Origin: Octopus vulgaris
Lineage: Eukaryota
Assembly (NCBI GenBank): GCA_951406725.2
Contig: OX597817.1
Location: forward strand, 25,482,001 to 25,546,000
Direction: 5' to 3'
DNA length: 64,000 nt
Shown here: positions 53,884 to 64,000 of the stretch, piece after piece
How positions within the stretch are numbered: the stretch's first letter is position 1
Layout of the letters: each line of letters begins with the position of its first letter
Position numbers and translations under genes: made by a program
The notes under the pieces: generated by a model
Database searches by the model: none
What the model was told of the DNA's origin: nothing
The model's input: the letters and a program-made list of their open reading frames with translations, nothing else

Positions 53884-56574
53884 TGTGTGTGTGTGTGTGT
53901 GCACAAATATACATACATACATATTTATATATATATTGTTGTGAAATGCTGCCTTTTGACACCAACACATCTCCAACAGCCGAGTCAGCACCTGAGAAAT
54001 CGCAGGTCAATCCAGCAAGCCTACTTGCTTAGAGTGGAAGAATGTAGTCGTACCCGGCTGTATGTCTTGCGAAATGTGATCCTTCGTCACCCGGGTTCAC
54101 TTCAGCTGGTCACGTGGGATTTTTTCTCCGACTGTTTTCGTTGCCAAATTCACTCTGACTGTAGTTCCTGGTCGCCCGACTTCACGCCCACTGTTCCCAT
54201 CGCTAAAACACAAATACAAACCGGTTTCTCTTCACACATGCACCTCAATGAAACTGCGTAATGGCTTGCTACTAGCGCTTTTATAACATATAGTGTGTTT
54301 ACCAAAAATGGCCTCACAATATACTCACTAGATATCACTAGGTAACAAGAGAGGTAACATTGTACACGCTAGTAGACCAAAAGGAGGTACGTAAATTTTT
54401 CTACTTTCAGTTATTCAAAAATAAAAGAGGAAATGTTAGAAAATGAATTAGAAGTAGGTGTTAGCTTTAGGCTAAATGTTTTTATTATTTTGGTTAATTA
54501 TTCATATTTTACAATAAAGAATTTTAATTATTCTTTGTTGTTTTGTTTCACTGTTTTATTGGTTTTCTTTGATAAATTGGTTCTTACTATTTTTACTGTT
54601 TTATTGATTCTATTGTTTTATTACTTCATCGTAGTTCATATTTTCTGCACCTTGATATAGTGGGAAAGGTTTTAAAATTTTGCTGCCAAGTTCTGGCACA
54701 TTTATCTAAATGTTCACTGAGTCAAATTTTTCTAGTGTTCAGACCACGTGTTTATTGTCGAGGAAAGATCATACCTATTCTAAACAAGATGCCTGTTTTG
54801 TCAATTATTATTCTGGCCACACACATAGCATATTACGGCATATTATGACATAAATTAATTTTTCCAAAAGGCATGAAAAGTTATTTTTCATTTTAAAACT
54901 TTATCCATTTTTGAAGGAGAACTCAAAGCCTTCAGATATATTGATACAAATCCACAATTTGATCATCTGCAGTTTCTAACTACGTGTTATGTAAAGTAGT
55001 TGGATATTTGATAAAAGTTTATCAGATGAATGTGGTGTTTTATTTTATTCTAATCATATCTTATTTGTTTTTTCTAAAACTCTTCTTATTTTAGGATCAT
55101 GTTTAAACATGTCTAAATTTTGGTTAATTATATTAAAGCCCTCAATATCCTAGGGCTCTGGGTTGAAATGTACGCTCAAACATTTGTTTTTGTTTCCACA
55201 GTCCTTGAATTCTTGATATCAACTCCATTATTACTTGATGATGGTGTATAACGTCTGCTAATCAGAATATTATTAAACGCACTTTCACTTTTGAGTGTTC
55301 AAATTTGATCCAGTGGAGCATTTTTTTGTTTTTGTTTTAGTAGATTGTGCAGGGAATTGAATCTTGTGTGCTTTTGGTAGCATGGAATAAAAACCAAATA
55401 TTACTTCGAATTTACTGATTTATGATATACATCTGTCTCAATTCTATTCCAATTTGCTTTTTATAAGTAACATAGCTAAAAGTACAATTTATCCGTGCTG
55501 GATTCCTTAGTAAATTGGATGATCATGTTAATACTGTTTATGAGAGATATGAGTCCAGAATATCTATGCAAAACTTCTTCACAGAAAACAAACCAATCAT
55601 GTAAATACCTCTTCTAATTTCCTTTCAAATAATTATAACTACAGTTTCGATTTTAGAAATAAAAACTCTGTCTCTCTTTCCAGTTGTCTGAAACCTAATG
55701 TTCCTCTGGACCTAGGGTGAGTGAGTTTTTATATCTTCTTGCAACTATATAGGCACTTAAAACTATTTGCAAAAACATGGTATACGTTAGAAAGTCATAT
55801 TTGTGACAAGTATGTTTAACTGCGAGATTGAAAATAATTTTAAATTTATTTCTTCATCGCTTAGATGATTTTAAAATAAAATTACCAATACTCAAGAGCT
55901 CTTCTACCATATTAATGTTTTTTAGACAGCATAGTGGCTTATGTTGATGATAATTGTATTTATGTTATGTGGTTTATATACTTACACATAATAAATATCC
56001 TTTCAATTTCTGAGAGTTTTTGCACCACTTGGTATCAGGTTGCCTTGAAAACTTACTCAGTGAATTGGAAGACTTCATACAAGATTTTTCGCATCTCTTC
56101 GGATTCCATTACAAATTAATACAAGACACTTTGACTCAAAGGCGCCAACATTTTTAATATTGAGTCAACCGCTTTAACAATTAGCAACAATGTTGTTATT
56201 GGATATCAACAGCAATGAAAGCGAAAGTAGACAAAAGTTTGATGGTGCAGGCTGAAACTCAGTGAATAGAATAACTTAAACCTTTATTTATTTCCAGATT
56301 ATTTTTTTTCTTCTTGTTGTTCTTTGTATTGTGGCTGCTTTTATATCATAATGGGTAGTATTATTGATTGTCAATAATATCTCACACCCATTTTACAGAG
56401 TGTCACATTAAGGAATGCAAACCAACAATGATTTTCATTAAAAATATAAATACATAAAACAGAATAAAATCTATATCTGGATTAGGTATCCAATTTCTGA
56501 GAGAAATTCTTTAAGAGTGTGTGTGTGTGTATGCATCTATGTATGTATAAATATCTATAAGTGCATACATTCAA

Positions 56575-56676
<102 letters not shown>

Positions 56677-56712
56677 CATATGTGTTTGTGTATATATATA
56701 TGTATGTATATG

Positions 56713-56751
<39 letters not shown>

Positions 56752-58084
56752 CACAGATATGCACACAAATGCAGTAGCAAGGAAGAGATTGGGAAAGGGA
56801 TGAGAGGGGGAAAGAGATAAAAGAGAGTAGAAAATGGATAGAGGGGGAATGACATTCTTCTACTCTTGTTCATGTGAATGCATGCATGTTATAATAACAC
56901 TGAATACACATATATCTATATACATTCAGTTACTCCTTCTGGTAAAGCAATATCCATTGTGTAATTCAGCTGCAATATGAACTTAGACAGAGATGTTATA
57001 AATGGCAATGTGGTTAAGCAACTTGTTTCTTTTTCACATAATTTCAAGTTCGATTCCGCTGCACCTCGCCTTAGCAAGTCGTTTATACTATGGATTGTGC
57101 TTGGGCAGAACGTTTTAAGAAAAACTGAAAGAGAAGTGCGGAAAGGGTTTGGATGAAATTAACTGAGAGATTTCATCTACTTCCAGATTAATATTACCAC
57201 ATTGCCTTTGGATATCTTTATAGAATTTCAGTCTATTGCAAACATTTGATTCAAATCTACCAAATATGGATAACACGTGATTGTCTTCACAGAGGCTCTG
57301 TAGAAAGAAGGATATTTGCACTGTGATTTTTCTCTTTGATAAAACAATGGAAAATGCTGTTGTCAATAAGCTGGTAGTTTATTGTAACAGCTTGTTTATA
57401 TATGTATATATATGTGTGTGTTATATGTATGTATGCATGCATGTATGTATGTATATATGTGTTATATCGACGCCCCCAGCCGATGAAGTAGGCTAGTCCA
57501 ATACGTAGATATAGAGGAAAAAGTCTAGACGTCGAGAGTTGAGTAGAGGTCATCCTAACGTGCGATATAACAATATGTATGTATGTATTTATGTATGTAT
57601 GTATGTATGTATGTATGTATGTATGCATGTATGTGTGTATGTATGTATGTTTGCATGTATGTTTGTATGTATATATAAACTACTAGCACTAATTGATACT
57701 ACACGAGAAACTTTAGCATTTTATATTTTTCCTGTTTCTGCTTATAAATGATTGACAAGTGTTATTTTTCTGGAGATTAATTATTGGTTTTTAATCTGTC
57801 ACTGTTTCAGTTTTGAAGGATTAATGTAATATATATTCGTGCAATATTTTGTTTCTGAAAATGTTGTCAGTTTCTTTTTTTAATTTAGAGACTAATTTAC
57901 TTTTGAATTTTAACGGAGATCACAAAATCAAGAGGAAAATCAGAATATTTTCATAAATTCGATAGACACCCATAAATAACACAATGCAACCAAAAACACT
58001 GGCAAAAAGAACAGAAAAGGATCCAGTTGCCCTCATTGTTACTCCTGTTATTTTCTTGGGGATATTTTAGGTACAGATTCTAAA

Positions 58085-59050
58085 TCTCTTATTATAAAAG
58101 GCAGATTTTATCTGCCTCCCTTTGTATCTTATAGAAATCTACAATATAGGATTTCTTCAATTACAATTTACCTAGCATTTTTAAGAGTAGAATGCATCGG
58201 GTCGTGCCAGGTCCAGTTTTTAAAATTTCAACCCCAATTAAGCAAAATTTAGAAAAAACTCACATTGTGGTGTATAAGTCAAATGCTTCTCTTAGTGTGG
58301 CCTACACCACACGCACACGCACACAGACAGTGTGCAACGAATAAAATGAAAGTAATTCACTTTTTGTAGTGAGTGACTCTTTCAGTCTGCCACTTCCTCT
58401 TTACACACATAGACACGCAAATATATAAATAAAATTGTAAGCTAACGTGCGTGTGTGTGAGTGTGTGTGTGCGTGTGTGTGTGAGTGAGGGTGCGTGTGT
58501 GTGTGTGTGTGTGCGTGTGCGTGAGTGTGTGACAGGAAAGTTTTTTAGGACGAATATAAGACCTATATCCAAGTAGCAGAAAGATCGCCCAAAAGTGTAT
58601 ATAGATATTTAAATGTATTTATATATTCATCTATACACAGATGTATGTATAATGTGTGTGTATATATTTCCATACACGTAACCATTCACTCCGCACAAAG
58701 TTTTTTAGGACGAAAATAAGATATAAAGTTATCTCTAAGTAGCACAGAGATCGCCCAAAAGTGTATATAGATATATAAATGTATTTATATATTCATCTAT
58801 GCACACATGTATGTATAACGTGTGTGTATATATTTCCATAGAGGTAACCATTCACTCCATACAAAGTTTTTTAGCACGAAAATAAGATCTAAAGTTATCT
58901 CTAAGAAACAGAAAGATCACCCAAAAGTGTATATAGATATTTAAATGTATTTATATATTCATCTATACACACATGTATGTATAATGTGCGTGTATATATT
59001 TCCATAGAGGTAACCATTCAATGCATACAAAGTTTTTTAGGACGAAAATA
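58085..59050 (+). mobile_element. Helitron-like 5' segment with internal tandem repeats
   Basis: A|TCTCTTATTATAAAAGGCAG start typical of Helitron 5' ends; no 3' end of its own. Confidence 0.5.
58537..59050. repeat. Tandem repeat, ~160-166-bp unit, about 3.1 copies
   Basis: Units start AAAGTTTTTTAG at 58537, 58697, 58863 and 59029. Confidence 0.92.
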
Positions 59051-59895
59051 TTTATATATAAAAGAAAGGTTGTGTGTCTGTCTACTCCGATTTAGATTCC
59101 TAATTACACCCACATTTTGCGATGCAGTTTAACCAAAACCGGGTATCTTATAGTCGTGATTCATATCGAGCCCTTCTGGGTATTAGCGCGCGTCTCCGAT
59201 GAGTCTATGATTTTACAAATAATTTACCATCATTTTTTTCCATTTTAATGCATATTTTTAAAAATAAACGGAGGTAACTCTCAAACTTCACACCAATATG
59301 CGTGCTCATATGCGACGTAATATCACATCAGCAGCATTTCCTCACACCCTCATTGCACTTGGCGAAGGCAAAATACCAGGGGATGAAAATGGTAATATTG
59401 CCATCGATTCCATTTGTACCATTGTTAAGACACCTTCTGATCTCAGAGATGCAGTGTTCCCAGATCTACAAGCTAATTATCAGAATATGGATTGGATTGG
59501 CAAAAAGGCTATACTGGCCCCGAGGAATAAAACTGTTCACCATATTAATGATGAAATGCTAAAACTCATTCCTGGGGAAGTCTATGTATATCAGTCTATC
59601 GATACAACTCCTGACCCAGAGGACGTCATCAACTATCCAATAGAGGTACTCAATTCCTTTGAGCACCCCGGACTACCACCACACTTTCTCAAACTTAAAG
59701 TTGGTGCCCCTATAATGCTCATCAGAAATTTGGTTCCCCCAAAACAATGCAATGGCACACGTTTGATCGTTAAGTCCTTATCTCCCACCGTAAGCTTATA
59801 TCAATATTTGCCTGAATAATCATCATAATTCAGTGCAATCATTAACAGTACTTTCAAGCAATTCAGCCCCGAGCAAAGCCGGGCAATTCTGCTAG
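59051..59895 (+). mobile_element. Internally deleted Helitron carrying a PIF1 helicase fragment
   Basis: 3' hairpin CCCGAGCAAAGCCGGG plus CTAG at 59892-59895; 5' TTTATATATAAAAG. Confidence 0.85.
59298..59819 (+). pseudogene. Helitron PIF1-family helicase fragment (open for 173 aa, lacks Walker A/B)
   Basis: AILAPRN..V..IN, YPIEVLNS..PGLPPH.LKLKVGAPIMLIRNL..CNGTRLIV. Confidence 0.88.
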
Positions 59896-60284
59896 TCTCT
59901 CTATAAAGCTGAAGTTGTCTGTGCATGGCAGGTTTGGTAGTCTTCAACTAACACTATCTCCTCCGAGACACTATGGCGCAAGTTGACCAAAATTGAGAGT
60001 ATGATAGAAGAAGGTTTGGTCTTTATTCCGTAGAAGATAAAATTCAAATCGGATCATGTTAACACTAAACATTATTTACATCAAAAAGGTGCTTTTTTCT
60101 ATGGAAATCCCTATTTTTTATGATTTTTTTTTCCTGCTGTGTCACCATTTTTCGGTGTATGTCAACCAGAAAAATGTTCACTTAAAGAGAATAACAAGCT
60201 ACATAATGCACAATTTTTACTTTTCAAAATTTCCAATTCTAAAGGGTCGAAACAAACCCGAGAAATGCCGGACGATGCTGCTAG
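59896..60284 (+). mobile_element. Non-autonomous Helitron, same family as 10534-10928
   Basis: TC start, hairpin and CTAG|T end; colinear with the 10.5-kb copy. Confidence 0.88.
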
Positions 60285-60681
60285 TATATGACTAAATTTT
60301 CCTTAACAGTTCTTGGTTTGAAAACAGAATATATCTGTTTCTATGGTGATGTATTAATCTAAATGCTGAAATGTGAGTTCCCAGTTACCTATTTTATTAA
60401 TTTTAGGGACTTTATATTTTATGCCATTCTCATATCAATCCATGGACATTCTTCAAGTGAGAATCTCAATCTTAGTAATTATTACATTAATGCATTAATT
60501 ACATTAAATCTCATTTAAGTTTCTCATGTTTTTACTTAAAGCAGGAAAATACTTAAATATGTGTTACTCAATCCATCATTTCCAGTACAGGTGTCATATG
60601 TAGCAAAACTCACCTTTTTAATTTATTTAACAGGTAAGATACTGCTTATTTAGCAAAAACAAACTATTTTAATTTTAAGTA

Positions 60682-61101
60682 TTCTCTTTACTTTCTTACT
60701 CTTTTACTTGGTTCAGTCATTTGACTGCGGCCATTCTGGAGCACCACCTTTTAGTCGAGCAAATCGACCCCGGGACTTATTCTTTTGTAAGCCCAGTACT
60801 TATTCTATCGGTCTCTTTTGCCGAACCGCTAAGTAACGGGGACATAAACATAACCAGCATCGGTTGTCAAGCAATGCTAGGGGGACAAACACAGACACAC
60901 AAACACACACACGCATATATATATATATACATATATACGACAGGCTTCTTTCAATTTCCGTCTACCAAATCCACTCACAAGGCAATGGTCGGCCTGAGGC
61001 TATAGTAGAAGACACTTGCCCAAGGTGCCACGCAGTGGGACTGGACCCGGAACCATGTGGTTGGTAGACAAGCTATTTACCACACAGCCACTCCTGCGCC
61101 T
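60682..61101 (-). mobile_element. SINE family B
   Basis: Reverse complement of the family sequence. Confidence 0.92.
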
Positions 61102-61870
61102 ATTGAAAATTTTATTTTTGTTGTCCATAAGCGTACAGATATTCACTGAAAAATAAAAGGATTTCTTATTCAAATATATTTCAGAAAATGGAGACACTGA
61201 ACCTTCTTACGTGTGGTTTGGTTGTTTATGCCAGCGAACCCATTCCAGCAACAGTTAACGTCTCTTATCTACAAATGTCAACAAGAAAAATACATTTTAG
61301 AACGATATATTAAACAAGATCTCATATCTATAAATTTGTTGTTGTAAGCTTATGTCTTGTATTTATTCACGACCCTTCTAAAATCTAAGTTAATTTATTT
61401 ATGAGGATTCCTTGATGCAAAATATATTGTGCCTTTTTTGCAACTAAGGTGCATGCTTTTTTTATGCATTTTAAACTTTAGTAAGCTATTTCTGATATAT
61501 TTGTGGAGGACATATCTTGTTTATTTATAAAATACACTTTGGAAACTGAAAGTAAGTCATAGGCTTTTTTATATATAAAGCATGCTCAAACCAATTGTAG
61601 CAATGGACTAATGGAAAGACGTTTGCATGAAGGGGTATCAACACAATAAAATTAAAAGCACCATTATGGTGACTGTTATTTTTGGCATGTCGGTTTCAAG
61701 GTTATCAATCACAATAAGAGAAGAAAATGGACATATAAAGTCATCAAGAAAACTTCTTTCACTTACAAACAGTTAAATAAGGTCCTTGTTCCATCATTAT
61801 GACGCCTATCAGAGATCTTAAAGGATTATGATGCCTCAGGCATATTTGATGGCATGAAACATAATTTTTT

Positions 61871-62211
61871 GGAAGCACTCCGTCGGTTACGACGACGAGG
61901 GTTCCGGTTGATCCGAATCAACGGAACAGCCTGCTCGTGTAACCTTAACGTAGTTCTCGGGATATTCAGCGTGACACAGAGAGTGACAAGGCCGGCCCTT
62001 TGAAGTACAGGTACAACAGAAACAGGAAGTAAGAGTGAGAGAAAGTTGTGGTGAAAGAGTACAGCAGGAATCACCACCACCCCCTGCCGGAGCCTCGTGG
62101 AGCTTTTAGGTGTTTTCGCTCAATAAACACTCACAACGCCCGGTCTGGGAATCGAAACCGCGATCCTATGACCGCGAGTCCGCTGCCCTAACCACTGGGC
62201 CATTGCACCTC
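61871..62211 (-). mobile_element. SINE type A1 with ~40-bp internal deletion
   Basis: Colinear with 51522-51904. Confidence 0.9.
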
Positions 62212-63194
62212 CTCTATAATAGAACATTGAAAGCAACAAATACATTGAAGAATTTCATCAATGACTCAATGAATTTTAAGTAAATTTGAACTGAATGATT
62301 CACAAGAAAGCCAAATGCATTTCTGCTGTCTTTGGCCTTGTTTATGAGGCTCGAGAAAGCTGAACTGCTTCTAGAATTCTCGTAAATCCCTGCCGGGATG
62401 ACTTATAGCTTTGGTTCCATATATATTGAGTATTTAAAATACTGTATTTATGAAAAAAGCATCGTGCCTATCAACACTATATATACATTGAGTATGATGT
62501 ATATGTGACTACATACCTCCTTTTATACATACATACGTACATACACACACACACATATGTATGTATATATATGCATAGGATAAGTAAACAAATATAGTAT
62601 AAATAAAAGAAAATTTTTGAGTGCTCAATAAAGATGTAGAGTAACTTATACTTGTTAGGAGTTATAATGTGCACAAATAGTTATTCCGAGTTCCATGATC
62701 CTGACCTTTTGACATCAGCAATGAATAAAATTAGAAAAAAGATATACAAGACCGGAGAAGAAGAAAAAAGGTTGGTCATTCCTCTAAAATCCTTATAGAC
62801 AATTATGATTTCTGATGTACTTTTGACAAAGCAATACATGCTTTCTCCTATCAAATACTGTCTAAAATTTCTTTCTGTATATATGCTAATACACAGTTAT
62901 GATTTCTGATGAACTTATAAACAATTATGAATTTATTTTACTGCCAATGTTGAATACTTTTATGTAAACTGATTAAACACAAAGCTTCTCGTAACATTTT
63001 CTTACCATTGTCAATGACTCTATCACTGTATTTTAATACATCTATGTTAACTAATTTTTAACACCGCAGTGGCTACATGAAGCCTTGCACTTCACTTTTA
63101 AAAATCCTTTTTTTTAAAAAAGTGAAACCGCTCAAGTCAATAATCTTCTTTAAAAGACCTCTGCATTCTTCACTATATATATATATATATATAA

Positions 63195-63285
63195 AATATT
63201 ATTAGAGACAAAACCACTATTTTGCAAAATAATCCTAAATCTGATTTTTTTCCCTGTAAAGTTGGATTTATTCCCTAATATTTAT

Positions 63286-63290
<5 letters not shown>
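63195..63290. mobile_element. Collapsed copy of the 9101-9358 element
   Basis: Outer arm GAGACAAAACCACTATTTTGCAAAA fused directly to tail TAATCCTAAATCTGATTTTTT-CCCTGTAAA. Confidence 0.8.
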
Positions 63291-63327
<37 letters not shown>

Positions 63328-63355
63328 TTACTTGGAAATGGATGCATGCCAGTCA

Positions 63356-63389
<34 letters not shown>

Positions 63390-63394
<5 letters not shown>

Positions 63395-63722
63395 GGATGA
63401 AACTTTTAAAAAAATTTATCAGTAGCCAGCATATTAAAAAATACCTTTAAAGGTTAAATTTATAAACAACTTATAAACAAGGGCAAAGGAAAAAAATTAC
63501 AATGCCAAATATGCCGAAAATAGACTTAAATCGTCAACAACCACATATAATTCATCACTATAAGCATGTGTCCCTAAGCAAGCCGACAGAAATTTCTAAA
63601 AAAGTTCGGGACACGTGCTTATAGTGATGAATTATATGTAGTTATTGATGATTTAAGTCTATTTTCGGCATATTTGGCATTGGAATTTTTTCTTTTGCCC
63701 TCGTTTATAAGTTGTTTATATA
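63390..63722. mobile_element. (TA)n-embedded tail-plus-hairpin element, fourth sequence family
   Basis: Arms 63461-63574 and 63608-63720, 33-nt loop; tail resembles 53340-53400. Confidence 0.8.
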
Positions 63723-64000
63723 TATATACCCAAAAGGAAAAAAGTCCTCATTTCCAAAGGTAGTGTATATATAATTTTTTTCTGGATAAATCTTTAAGGG
63801 TTATAGTGTTAATATGGATTATGGGGTTTGAAATTTGAGTACTAAAACAGATATTGAAAAATAAGTATCAAAGTTCAATGAATCTATAGGATATGGTGAA
63901 AGCAAATAATTTACTCAGAGAGTTCTTTAACACATCTATAGCACGCTAGTACTAAAGCCTGTGACATCTATATTTCTTAGTGAACGTCCACGAGAATTAT

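Noticed and set aside
59298-59819. Host PIF1 gene
   Set aside because: Partial domain lying between Helitron termini

Overview
AT-rich, microsatellite-saturated eukaryotic non-coding DNA. The SINE repertoire and simple-repeat load point to an octopus/cephalopod genome (inference). No intact host gene could be supported: nearly all listed ORFs are translations of (TA)n, (CA)n, (GATA)n or (TAA)n tracts or of SINEs. The window is a layered transposon landscape. It holds four tRNA-derived SINE families with shuffled modules, R4/Dong-type RLE LINE remnants in (TAA)n, Helitron remnants including a three-part composite with a PIF1 fragment, mariner/maT/Tigger/hAT relics and a solo LTR. The most unusual signal is a set of short elements that always sit in (TA)n tracts. 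Some carry minimal hammerhead-ribozyme motifs. Others share one architecture (short unique tail plus long hairpin) despite unrelated arm sequences, and one carries a hammerhead in its loop. They look like non-autonomous Penelope-like or retrozyme-like retroelements. Also present are a ~0.85-kb-arm inverted duplication and a 337-bp (TAA)n-embedded element with precisely fixed ends in two copies.
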